DNA of 46,562 nucleotides from Planctomycetaceae bacterium (lineage in GTDB: Bacteria > Planctomycetota > Phycisphaerae > Phycisphaerales > SM1A02): assembly GCA_947441435.1 (NCBI GenBank), contig CANETX010000001.1, positions 1-46,562 on the forward strand, in the 5' to 3' direction. Both the position numbers and the translations under genes were made by a program. Below are positions 24,565-33,907 of this stretch, one piece after another. The number at the start of each line of letters is the position of its first letter. The first letter of the stretch is position 1. The notes under the pieces were generated by a model that was not told the origin of the DNA, searched no databases, and was given only the letters and a program-made list of their open reading frames with translations.

Positions 24565-27515
24565 TCGTCGATCTCCAAGAGCGCAGCCCGTGTGCCGGAG
24601 CGCTCGAGCAGGGTCGCGATCCGCTCGCCGTGCGCGAGCGTGCTCCCACGCACCTCTCCGATTAGCTCGCGAAGTTCCCGATCCTTCTGGAGGTAGTTGA
24701 GGGCGATGGCAGCGACCGCGGCAGACTCCATCGCCGCGAAGAAGTCGATCCCCTCGCGATAGACGATTCGGCTGGCAACGCTCTTGGCGACCACCCACTC
24801 GAGGTAGGCACCCGGCAACTCGCTGAAGAGCCGTTCGCCAACGGTGCTCGAGAGTTCACGCGGGACATGCTCGAGGATCACTTCACGGAAGAGTCGCGAC
24901 TCCTGAGTTCTCCATCCAGCGACCGCGGGTTGGATCGCATCCGCGGCGGAGTTGATGGCGCGCGAGAGGCGCGTCGAGAGTTCGGGGAGCGAGACGGAGG
25001 GGTGGCGCCGCCCTTCGCCAAGGAGCACGATCGCTTCGTCCCGCGCGGCCCTGCGCAGTTTTTCGAGGACTTGAGCAACGAAAGTCTTCTTGATCTTGAG
25101 GAACTCCGCCTCGTTCAAGAGCATGCTCGACACGATCTCGAAACTCGAGCACATCACCCCGCACTTATTGGCGCTTGAGTCCTTGATGATGAGGGTCCCC
25201 ACCTTGGACAGTTCCTCGCGTGCCTCCGGTGTCAGGAAGAGGTTTGCTCCTTCGACGATCAGTGGACTCGACGGCTTCCCGTCGGCGGTGAGGTACTCCC
25301 GCCAGTTGCGGGCGTTGATGGTCGCAGGGCGGCCTCCTCCGGGAATGAATGCATCGGCGATCACCCGGTTGTGGAGGGTGTTGCGCAGGAGGACTCCCTC
25401 GGGGTGATCGGCGGCGACGATTCGCCCGGGTGCCGAGAGATGTGCGCTGTCGAATCGGGCGATGGGAAGACCCGCGTGGAAGAGCCGCTTGAGTTCGGCA
25501 TGGTCGAGTCCCTCGGGGTCCTCGGCGATTCCGCTGCCATCGGCAACGCCGACGATGCGGGCATTCGCTCCGTAGTCGCGGTCGAGGATGCACATCATGT
25601 TCCCGGCGACATCGCCGTCGGGTCCGCCCGTGATCTTGACCGTGAAGGGACGCTTCGTCGGATCGATCCCCTGCGCCGCGAGAGCGATGCCCAGGAAGAC
25701 TGCGACTCCCTCGCTGGTGACGCCATACTCCTTGTGATTGATTCCGCCGTCGGGCTTCGAACTCATGAAGGCGTTGGCGAGCGGGTAGCCGCGCACGGCC
25801 GCCCGATGGACGATCCACTCGATGTGCTCCGGCGTGATGTTCTCGTCAGGTCCGAGGAAGATGAACTCGCGGAACCCGAGTCGATCGACCACGCGATCCA
25901 TGGTCGAGCCCTCCGGGGTGATGAGGTCGAGGAGACCGTCTACGAAGGCCTTCACCGAGCGGTTCGTCTCCGCAGGTGGCTCGAGGATGATGGCCGCCTT
26001 CGCGCCGCCTTCGGGGATGTCCTTGTTCTTCAGCTGCTGTGCGAACGCGAGGCCATACGCCTCGTCGTAGAGCCGCTCCGACTCGCGCTCGTACAGCGCC
26101 GCCGACTGGGGCTTGACGACGCGCAGTCCTCCGCGGGCGATCTCCTTGAATCGCACGTGGAATCCGTGGAACCCGCGGCCGTGGACGAAGAAGAGTCCGA
26201 AGGGAGTCTCCGGACGTGTTGGGCCTGTGAGCAGGGAGGGGTCGAGGCGCAGCGCGAGGGAGAAGCGGCGCGGGACGAAATAGTTCGTCCTCCGGACGCC
26301 GGCAATCGCCTTGAGCAGCGAGTGAAAGATGGTCGTCACGTCATCCGTCTCGTTCAGGTGCGTGATCTGTGTGCGCAGGGCTTCGAGTCCGGCTGCGAAG
26401 GCGACATCGGAGAGGGGTCCGGCGGGATCGAAGCGACCGCTGAAGAGGTCGATGGCGCCCTTGGTGATCGCCGGACGCGCCAGAAGCGCGCCGACCACTC
26501 GGTCGCGGCTGAACGCCAGCGGGCTGATCGGCACGAGCATCGCCCGAGTCAGGTCGGCGAACGCAAGCAGGGCCTCGGACTGCGCGAGCGTCAGATCCGG
26601 TTGGCGGGCGAGGACGTCCATCACGCGGAAGTCGAGCCACTTGATTCGTTCGAGTTCGTGGCGCACCGGCGGCCAGCGCGGGTCGTTGGGCGAGAGTGCC
26701 GTCTGATCGACCCACTGGATCACGAAGGCGAGGAAAGTCACCGATCCATGCGGGGGGTCCGCAACAAGATCGAGGTGGGCGCGCACGATGCTGACTCCGT
26801 GGCGGGTCAGCACCCGCGCGGCGCGCTCGAGCATCGTGCGGGTCCGGGCGTTGGAAACGGCGATGGTGATCCGGCTCGTCGACGGATCGGTCTCGCTTTC
26901 GAGATCGACATCCGCTGCGTCCGTCCCCGACACCTTTTGGAACTGCGCGAAGTGGCGGCAAAGCCGCAACGGAGTCAGCGTCGTGACATACGAGGCCGAG
27001 CACCCGTCGAAGTATCGCCGCAGTGCGGCGGGATCGAGGCTCGGCGCGTGGCTGCCGGCGTAGTCGATCGCTTCTTCGACCTTTGCGGCTTGGCTCGCGT
27101 TGCGCGGGTCGAAGGGCTCTCGTTCTCCGAACTCGAACGTGTCGATGACGAGCGATCCGTCGCGCGACGTGTGGATCTTCGCCGATCGCAGCGAGGCATC
27201 CAAGGGAAGCGTCGAGACGATCTCTGCGAGAACCCCCGCGCGGTTGCCCGCGCGGATGGCGGTGATCGACTGGCCGTCGGTCCCCTTGATCACGACATCG
27301 AGGGGGCGTCCGGATGTCCGCGCCGCGAGGATGGAGCGCAGGTGCGCACGCTGATCCTCCAGAGCCGTGTCCTGGAAATACATCGGCGGCATGTTGTCGA
27401 GGAACCACGGGACGACGCTGGCAGCGGTGGCGCGGAATTCCGCCGCGAGCTCATTGAGCAGCTCGCTTGCGTCGGCCCGAGGCGCACCCACCTGTGTTGA
27501 TCGAACGGAACCCAT
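24561..27515 (-). CDS. Large NAD-specific glutamate dehydrogenase (about 1000-aa class)
   Basis: 984 aa. N-terminal ACT-like regulatory region. Catalytic core with KNKDIPEGGAKAAIIL, dinucleotide loop KITGGPDGDVAGN, and IPGGGRPATIN / VEGANLFLTPEAR, typical of the Glu/Leu/Phe/Val dehydrogenase superfamily. Confidence 0.8.
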   Translation of the reverse strand: MGSVRSTQVGAPRADASELLNELAAEFRATAASVVPWFLDNMPPMYFQDTALEDQRAHLRSILAARTSGRPLDVVIKGTDGQSITAIRAGNRAGVLAEIVSTLPLDASLRSAKIHTSRDGSLVIDTFEFGEREPFDPRNASQAAKVEEAIDYAGSHAPSLDPAALRRYFDGCSASYVTTLTPLRLCRHFAQFQKVSGTDAADVDLESETDPSTSRITIAVSNARTRTMLERAARVLTRHGVSIVRAHLDLVADPPHGSVTFLAFVIQWVDQTALSPNDPRWPPVRHELERIKWLDFRVMDVLARQPDLTLAQSEALLAFADLTRAMLVPISPLAFSRDRVVGALLARPAITKGAIDLFSGRFDPAGPLSDVAFAAGLEALRTQITHLNETDDVTTIFHSLLKAIAGVRRTNYFVPRRFSLALRLDPSLLTGPTRPETPFGLFFVHGRGFHGFHVRFKEIARGGLRVVKPQSAALYERESERLYDEAYGLAFAQQLKNKDIPEGGAKAAIILEPPAETNRSVKAFVDGLLDLITPEGSTMDRVVDRLGFREFIFLGPDENITPEHIEWIVHRAAVRGYPLANAFMSSKPDGGINHKEYGVTSEGVAVFLGIALAAQGIDPTKRPFTVKITGGPDGDVAGNMMCILDRDYGANARIVGVADGSGIAEDPEGLDHAELKRLFHAGLPIARFDSAHLSAPGRIVAADHPEGVLLRNTLHNRVIADAFIPGGGRPATINARNWREYLTADGKPSSPLIVEGANLFLTPEAREELSKVGTLIIKDSSANKCGVMCSSFEIVSSMLLNEAEFLKIKKTFVAQVLEKLRRAARDEAIVLLGEGRRHPSVSLPELSTRLSRAINSAADAIQPAVAGWRTQESRLFREVILEHVPRELSSTVGERLFSELPGAYLEWVVAKSVASRIVYREGIDFFAAMESAAVAAIALNYLQKDRELRELIGEVRGSTLAHGERIATLLERSGTRAALLEIDE

Positions 27516-27562
27516 CCCGTAAAACTACCCGCTCGCGTGCCGATCATGCGAACGCCCCAAAC

Positions 27563-28441
27563 ATGCCCATCGTGACGATCGGAAACTTCGACGGCGTCCA
27601 TATCGGACATCAGGCGCTCGTGCGGGTGGCTAGCCAGGCCGCCCACGGGGGGGAAGTCGTCGCCCTCTCCTTCGATACGCACCCCGCGGGTCTCGTCCGG
27701 GGGATCGCCCCGGAGTCTCTGACGACTCTCGACGAGCGCGCGCTCCTCCTCGGCGCGGCCGGGGCAACCCGCGTCGAGATGCTGCACACAACGGCGGAAC
27801 TGCTCTCGCTCGAGCCGGAGTCGTTCGTGAAGTCACTGCATGAGCGCCTCAAGTTCGAGGCCATCGTCGAAGGACGAGACTTCCGTTTTGGCAAGGGTCG
27901 CGCCGGAGACGTTGCCGCACTTGAGCGAATCGGGAGCGCACTCGGATTTCGCACCATCGTCGTCGAAGACGTGGAGGCGGTGCTCTCCGACGGACATTGC
28001 GTGGCGGTTCGGAGTTCGACGGTCCGCTGGCTCCTCTCGGTCGGACGGGTGGCCGATGCCGCGCGGATGCTCGGTCGATCCCATCGCGTCTCGGGGGTGG
28101 TCGTCGAAGGGGCGCGACGGGGACGGACCCTCGGCTTCCCGACCGCCAACATCGATGTGCGCGGCGCGCTTTTGCCTGCCGACGGCGTCTACGCGGTGCG
28201 GGCGGTGTCGGCCGACGGCAGCGCGTGGCCGGGCGCGGCGAGCATTGGCACGAATCCCATGTTCAGCGGTGGCCGCCGCACCCTCGAAGTCCATGTGCTC
28301 GGACTCCCGAGCGACGCCGACCTCTACGGTCAAGTCCTCGCGATCGACTTCACCAAGTGGCTGCGAGAGATGATGACCTTCGACTCAGTCGATCGCCTCG
28401 TCGAGCAGATCCAGAGGGACTGCGATAGGGTGCCTGCATGA
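27563..28441 (+). CDS. ribF: Bifunctional riboflavin kinase / FMN adenylyltransferase
   Basis: Starts MPIVTIGNFDGVHIGHQALV (ATG 27563). Kinase half: GRTLGFPTANI, EVHVL. Confidence 0.9.
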   Translation: MPIVTIGNFDGVHIGHQALVRVASQAAHGGEVVALSFDTHPAGLVRGIAPESLTTLDERALLLGAAGATRVEMLHTTAELLSLEPESFVKSLHERLKFEAIVEGRDFRFGKGRAGDVAALERIGSALGFRTIVVEDVEAVLSDGHCVAVRSSTVRWLLSVGRVADAARMLGRSHRVSGVVVEGARRGRTLGFPTANIDVRGALLPADGVYAVRAVSADGSAWPGAASIGTNPMFSGGRRTLEVHVLGLPSDADLYGQVLAIDFTKWLREMMTFDSVDRLVEQIQRDCDRVPA

Positions 28442-29475
28442 CCGCCTATGCCTCGACCTGTGACATTGCCGCCATCGCCGCGCGCCTGAGAGGCGCGAAC
28501 ACTGTGGCGATCCTCAGCCACTCCCGCCCCGACGGCGACGCGGCCGGGTCGATTCTCGCACTCGCGCGCGCCCTCAGAGTGCTTGGAAAGCGCGTTGACG
28601 CAGTCTTCACGGGGGCGGTCGATCCGAACATTCTCGCGCTCGCGGACGCCGGAGAGGCGCGCCTCGACACGGCGGCGCCGCTTGATCCCGCGACGGACGT
28701 CATCGTCGTCGTGGACACGGGCGCCTTCAGCCAACTCGAGCCTCTCGACGGGATCGTCCGGCAACTGAGCGCGCGCGTCGTCGGCATCGATCACCACGCG
28801 CGCGGCGATGCGGTGGCACCTGATCGCGTGGTCGACACCTCCGCCGCCGCCACGACGCAGATCATCGCCCGCCTGATCGATGAACTCGGAGTCGATCTGC
28901 GGCGGACGGCTCCGAACGGAACTCGCACGATTGCCGAAGCCCTCTTCGTCGGACTCGCGACGGACACCGGTTGGTTTCGGTTCCAGAGCGCGGATGCGGC
29001 GGTCTTCGCCCTCGCCAGCCGACTCCTCGAGGCGGGTGTCGACCGCATCGCGCTCTATCAGTCCCTTGAGGAGAATGCCCGCCCGGCGCGACTGGCCGCG
29101 ACGGCAACCGCACTCGCCTCGCTGCGAAGTTTGTGCGGGGGGCGCGTCGCAACGATGGCGCTCTCCCATGCAGACTTCCTCGCGACGAAGGCGACGAGCG
29201 ACGATGCAACTGGTGTCGTGAACATTCCGCTCGAAGTCGGCGTGATCGCCATGAGTGCGCTGATGACCGAGTCGCAGCCGGGGATCACCAAGGTGAGTTT
29301 CCGCAGCAAGCCCCGGACGGACGGCCGCCCGTGGGTGAATGTGAGCGATTTCGCGGCGCAGTTCGGTGGTGGGGGACATGCCCTTGCCGCCGGGGCACGC
29401 GTGAAGGTCGCGTTGCCCGAAGCGCGCGCACAGATTGAGGCGGCCATCGAGGCGATCAAGGGGTTGACCCCATGA
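28438..29475 (+). CDS. nrnA: DHH/DHHA1 phosphoesterase (NrnA-type oligoribonuclease / pAp phosphatase)
   Basis: ATGA overlap with the ribF stop. SHSRPDGDAAGS, VVVDTG, IDHH, GLATDTGWFRF and the DHHA1 motif GGGGHALAAGA. Confidence 0.8.
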   Translation: MTAYASTCDIAAIAARLRGANTVAILSHSRPDGDAAGSILALARALRVLGKRVDAVFTGAVDPNILALADAGEARLDTAAPLDPATDVIVVVDTGAFSQLEPLDGIVRQLSARVVGIDHHARGDAVAPDRVVDTSAAATTQIIARLIDELGVDLRRTAPNGTRTIAEALFVGLATDTGWFRFQSADAAVFALASRLLEAGVDRIALYQSLEENARPARLAATATALASLRSLCGGRVATMALSHADFLATKATSDDATGVVNIPLEVGVIAMSALMTESQPGITKVSFRSKPRTDGRPWVNVSDFAAQFGGGGHALAAGARVKVALPEARAQIEAAIEAIKGLTP

Positions 29476-29765
29476 GAGGGATGCTGTCGCTGATGTTCGT
29501 CGCGGCACTCGTCGCCTGCGGGAGTCCGCGCGACGATCAAGTGACGCTCGCCTTCAATGTGGAGGGAATGCACTGTGACGGGTGCGTCGCGGCGATCACG
29601 GCCGAGGTGAAGGAAGTCCCAGGCGTGCAAAGCGTGGAGGTCTCTCTTGAGAAGCACCGCGCTGTGATCGTCGTCGATGGCCCCTCACGAAGCCAAGCGG
29701 TCGAGGGTGCGATCACGAAACTCGGCTACAAAGTCGCCCCCGAGACGGTTCGCAGCGCACCCTGA
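29472..29765 (+). CDS. Lipoprotein with a heavy-metal-associated (HMA, MxCxxC) domain
   Basis: 97 aa. ATGA overlap with the nrnA stop. Signal peptide plus lipobox AALVAC. HMA fold signature FNVEGMHCDGCVAAITAEVKEVPGVQSVEVSL. Confidence 0.75.
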   Translation: MRGMLSLMFVAALVACGSPRDDQVTLAFNVEGMHCDGCVAAITAEVKEVPGVQSVEVSLEKHRAVIVVDGPSRSQAVEGAITKLGYKVAPETVRSAP

Positions 29766-29775
29766 GTGACGCGGC

Positions 29776-32451
29776 TCACTCCGTGGGGAGCCGCCTGAGT
29801 CCCATGAGTCTTGGATGACGGTGGAGGAGAGCCGGTAGAAGGACGACACTCGATCCGATCGTTGCCACGGATCCGATCACGATCAGCCATCCAAGGCTCT
29901 GCAGTCCCCGGTGTGCGGCGAAGAGCAGCGTGCCGAAACCGATGATGGTCGTGGCCGCGCTGACGACGACCGCCCGCGTGGTCCACCCGAGCGACCTCGG
30001 ATCGCCCGTCTCGCGTGCCCGGTGCATGAGGTGCACGCTCGAGTCGATTCCGAATCCCAACAGCATCGGGATGCCGAAAAAGTTCGCGAGATTGAGGGAG
30101 ATCCCGAGGACGGACAGCGCCCCCAGCGTCCACGCCATCGCGACGAGGAGCGTGACGATGCAGGTCAGCGTCGCGAGCACCGAGCGAAAGTCGAGGTAGA
30201 CGATGACCGCGATCGCCACAAGCGACAGCGTGGACATGAGGAGAAATGCGCTCCGCATGTCGAGGAGCGACTCGTAGACCGTGATCGGAACGCCCGTGGC
30301 ATGGGGGGAGACTCTCCGGATCGCTGCGACGAACTCTGTGAGCGGATCGAACTCCCACAGGTCGTCGCGCGGGATGAGCGAAACCAGAAGACCTCCGGAA
30401 GGGGAGACAAGCCGAGCGCGGAGCGCAGCGGGAAGGCTCTCGCGGAGTCCCGACCGTGCTCCATCGCCGATGGCAGGCAGTGCATCGCGTGCGGTCGCGA
30501 CGCGTGACTGGGCTGCCGACATCGCAGCCGCTGCGCGTCCGGGGTCGCGCAGCGCGGAAGCCAACTCCTCGGCGCCAGCCGCTGACTTCCTGAGTGGCGC
30601 GAGCTCCTCGGGAGATGCAGCGAACCCTCCAAGGGCGACGAGGCTGCGGAGCGAGGAAGCGATCCGATCGAACGTCTGGGACTCCAGCGGTTGTTGTGCT
30701 GCGGGCTCAGTCGCGCGGCCATGCGAGGCGATCGCGAGGGAGTCAGCAAGCGCCTTCCGCAAGGCCACGCGCTCGGGGGTGTCCTCCTTGACGATGTCGA
30801 GGACGCTGCGAACCGACTCGATCGTCTGCTCGGTGCTGGCGCGCCCGGCGATCTCCCCAATCTCTTCCTCGGAGCGCGCGATGACTCCCGCGAACCACGA
30901 CGTGCTCGCCGAGTCCGCAAGGACGCGATGCTCCCACGCGACTGAAGGGAGGGAGGCCGCCTGAAGTCGCAGGAGATTGCTCTCGTAGCGCAGGGATGGA
31001 ATGCATGCGGCGAAGAGCACGAGCCCACCGAGGCAGGCAATGAGCATCCAACCCGGCCGAATCGCAGCGACCCAGCCGGTCCATCGGATGGGCCGCCGCG
31101 CCGCCACCCCAGGGGCCTGGCGGCTTCCGCGTCGGTCGCGGAAGCGGTCCACCAGCAGCGTGGCTGCGGGAAGCGTCGTCGTCATTGCCAGCGCGCACAG
31201 GATGAGTCCCGTTCCCGCGATCACCCCAAGTTCCTCCAACCCTCCGAAATCCGTGAGTAATGCGGTGAAGAACACAATGGCGCTCGTGAGCGCCCCCGTC
31301 CAGATCGGAATCGTGTTGGTGGCGATCGCCCTCGCAACGGCGGTCTCCGCATCCATCCGCTCCTTGAACTCCGTGACCCGCGCAACGAAGTGGATGCCGT
31401 AGTCGATCCCCGCACTCACGAGGACCAGCATGAACACGAGACTGAGCAAGTTGAGCCGTCCCACAAGGAGTGCGGCTGCGCCATAGGTGTCGGCGAAGGC
31501 GAGCGCGAGCACGAGCGTCGCGAGGAGCGCAGGGATCGCAGTTCGCAGCAACCACATGGTGAGGAGCGCGATGAGCACCGCGGCAATGACCGTTCCCCTG
31601 GTCATGTCGAGATTGGTGGTCGCAAGTTCGTCCGCCTGCAGGACAGGCTTTCCTGTCAGGCCGATCTCGACTGACCCGTAGAGTCGGGCAGTCTCGTCGA
31701 TGGCACGCCTGATCTCGGCGAGCGACCCCTCGATCGTCTCGAGTGCCGCAAACTCTTTGCGCGGGAGAATCTCGACGAAGAGCATCCGTCCGCTCGGCGA
31801 CACGAGATACTCAGGCTGCCGCGCCGCCCCCAGCATCGCCGCGTCGCCCTGCCCGGTGAGCGTGTCGACGAGCAGGAGCGCACCTCCGCCGAGCGCGCGT
31901 CGCTGTTCAGCGGACAGCGCAAGTCCTTCCTCTCCAAGCGTCCGGAGCATCGCCTCGGCCTCGGCGGCAACCGGTGCGGCCGACCCGGCGCCGAGTGCTG
32001 GGAATGCGGCCGCCGCTCCCACGAGTGCGTCGAGCTCCCGATCCGACATCGCACGGGGGGCCATCCGCCACTGTTCCTGCGCAGAGACCGTCGCGTGGAT
32101 CTCCTCCAACGACTCGATGGCGCGCAGGCGCGGGACGAGATCGTCGACCGCCTGCCGTGCCGCCGACGAATCGCCGTGCCCGTCCACGGCCACATAGACG
32201 TACTCAAGATCTCCGAATTCCTTGAGGAACGCGCGGTAGTCGACCATGAACGGCCGATCCGACCGGATGAGCGAGTCGGTGTTCGCGTCGAGGGACAGCC
32301 AGCCGATGGCGACCCACGCCATGACCGCCGCGCACAGGACCGACGATGCGACGATCCTCGCGGGGTGCGCGGCGAGGACGCGCGCGTACCGCATGAGGAG
32401 CGGATGCGCCGTCTTCAATTCCTGCTGAGAGTCGCGCTCGCGTTCAGCCAT
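29776..32451 (-). CDS. MMPL/RND-superfamily exporter, HpnN-like
   Basis: 891 aa. Two 6-TM bundles, each followed by or embedding a large periplasmic loop. Repeated motifs LVLVSAGIDYGIHF and LLGFGIDSSVHLMHR are typical of the MMPL/HpnN family. Its start overlaps the aminotransferase stop by 8 nt. Confidence 0.65.
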   Translation of the reverse strand: MAERERDSQQELKTAHPLLMRYARVLAAHPARIVASSVLCAAVMAWVAIGWLSLDANTDSLIRSDRPFMVDYRAFLKEFGDLEYVYVAVDGHGDSSAARQAVDDLVPRLRAIESLEEIHATVSAQEQWRMAPRAMSDRELDALVGAAAAFPALGAGSAAPVAAEAEAMLRTLGEEGLALSAEQRRALGGGALLLVDTLTGQGDAAMLGAARQPEYLVSPSGRMLFVEILPRKEFAALETIEGSLAEIRRAIDETARLYGSVEIGLTGKPVLQADELATTNLDMTRGTVIAAVLIALLTMWLLRTAIPALLATLVLALAFADTYGAAALLVGRLNLLSLVFMLVLVSAGIDYGIHFVARVTEFKERMDAETAVARAIATNTIPIWTGALTSAIVFFTALLTDFGGLEELGVIAGTGLILCALAMTTTLPAATLLVDRFRDRRGSRQAPGVAARRPIRWTGWVAAIRPGWMLIACLGGLVLFAACIPSLRYESNLLRLQAASLPSVAWEHRVLADSASTSWFAGVIARSEEEIGEIAGRASTEQTIESVRSVLDIVKEDTPERVALRKALADSLAIASHGRATEPAAQQPLESQTFDRIASSLRSLVALGGFAASPEELAPLRKSAAGAEELASALRDPGRAAAAMSAAQSRVATARDALPAIGDGARSGLRESLPAALRARLVSPSGGLLVSLIPRDDLWEFDPLTEFVAAIRRVSPHATGVPITVYESLLDMRSAFLLMSTLSLVAIAVIVYLDFRSVLATLTCIVTLLVAMAWTLGALSVLGISLNLANFFGIPMLLGFGIDSSVHLMHRARETGDPRSLGWTTRAVVVSAATTIIGFGTLLFAAHRGLQSLGWLIVIGSVATIGSSVVLLPALLHRHPRLMGLRRLPTE

Positions 32452-33907
32452 CGAGCGAGGTGTACCCCGGCTCGTTGGCTTTCGGGGGGCATGGCGGCGC
32501 AGTCGTGCTGGTGGTGGGGGCGTCTCGCCGGATGGCGTTGGCGGCGAGCCGCTTCAGCAAGTCCCAGCCGGGCCCGGGGAAGCGGTGGAGCGGTTGGAGG
32601 ACCGCCTCGAACGCCTTCAGGAACCGATCGGCTTCCGCGACGGTCAGCGCGAGGGATGGAGTGAGCTTCAGGACATCAAGCCCGTGCCCGGCGGTCTGCG
32701 TCAGGATCCGATGGTCCTCCATCAGCGGAATGGTGATCGCTTGCGTGAAGAGGTTGTCGTCGAGCGCGTGTGTCATTGCCCACGCCGCCTTCAGGGTCAG
32801 GCTCTTTGGCTGACCGAACTCGATTCCGATCATGAGCCCGCGCTGGCGGATCTCGCGGATGAACTCCATTCGCTCTTGCAATCTCTCGAGCCCCTCGCGC
32901 AAGTGCCCCCCGATGCGCTTCGCATTCTCGGCCAACCGCTCCTCGTCGAAGACGCGGAGAGTCGCCAGCGCCGCCACCATGGCGAGTCCTCCCACGTGAA
33001 AGGTCGACGAGTGAACGATCGCCCGGTCGAGCCTCGAGAAGACTGCGCGGAACACACGGTCGCTGAGGAGCACCGCGCCGACGGGCACGTATCCCCCGGA
33101 GAGCCCCTTGCTGAGGACGACCATGTCCGGTTCGACCTCTCCCTCCTGATCGATCGCCAAGAATGACCCTGTTCGCCCGATGCCGGTCTGGACCTCATCG
33201 ACGACGAAGAGCGTGCCGTGGCGGCGGCAGACACGAGAGGCCTCGGCGAGATATCCCGGCGCAGGGAGGTTCACTCCCTTTCCCTGGATGGGTTCGAGGA
33301 CAAACGCCGCGACATCGCCGGAGGAGAGTTCGCGTTCGAGCGCCGGGAGATCGTTGAAGGGGACAAAGCGTGAAGTCTCTGGGAACGGGCCGAATCCCTC
33401 GCGGAAACTCTCGCAGCCGTTGAGGGAGAGCGCTCCCGTCGAGAGGCCGTGGAATCCACCCCGGGCGGCGACGAATGCTGGGCGCTTCGTCGTGCACCGC
33501 GCGAACTTCAGGCACGCCTCGACTCCTTCTGTCCCTGAGTTCGTGAAGAACACCTTGCCGAGCCCGCGCCCCACACGACCGGTGAGCCCCTTGGCCACCT
33601 CACCCGCCAGCGCGGATCGCTCGAACTGCACCATCGAGGGGGCTTCGCTGGCGAGGAATTCTGTGAGCGCCTCCCGCACCACCGGGTGATTGCGCCCCAC
33701 ATTGGTCGTTGCGTATCCGCCGATGAGATCGAGATACTCACGACCCTCGTCGTCCCAGAGCGAGGATCCCAGTGCCCGGACATAGGTCTTGTCGAATCCG
33801 ATGAGGCGCAGAGCCTTGCCCCAGACGGGATTCACATGATCACAAAACTGACCTGCTCGAGTGGTCGAAGTCAGAGACGTGAGAGTTGAGCGTCCCTCAG
33901 TTGGCAT
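32444..33907 (-). CDS. Class-III pyridoxal-phosphate aminotransferase
   Basis: Start set at ATG 33907 (MPTEGRS...). GGYATTNVGRNHP, FTNSGTEGVE, DEVQTGIGRTGSF and the PLP-Lys motif VLSKGLSGGYVPVGA. About 35-aa Pro/Thr-rich C-terminal tail. Confidence 0.8.
   Translation of the reverse strand: MPTEGRSTLTSLTSTTRAGQFCDHVNPVWGKALRLIGFDKTYVRALGSSLWDDEGREYLDLIGGYATTNVGRNHPVVREALTEFLASEAPSMVQFERSALAGEVAKGLTGRVGRGLGKVFFTNSGTEGVEACLKFARCTTKRPAFVAARGGFHGLSTGALSLNGCESFREGFGPFPETSRFVPFNDLPALERELSSGDVAAFVLEPIQGKGVNLPAPGYLAEASRVCRRHGTLFVVDEVQTGIGRTGSFLAIDQEGEVEPDMVVLSKGLSGGYVPVGAVLLSDRVFRAVFSRLDRAIVHSSTFHVGGLAMVAALATLRVFDEERLAENAKRIGGHLREGLERLQERMEFIREIRQRGLMIGIEFGQPKSLTLKAAWAMTHALDDNLFTQAITIPLMEDHRILTQTAGHGLDVLKLTPSLALTVAEADRFLKAFEAVLQPLHRFPGPGWDLLKRLAANAIRRDAPTTSTTAPPCPPKANEPGYTSLDG

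Noticed and set aside
25371-27500. 709-aa plus-strand ORF antisense to the glutamate dehydrogenase gene
   Set aside because: Same shadow-ORF signature (Arg/Glu/Asp/Gly-rich, no motifs). The minus strand encodes a complete GDH.
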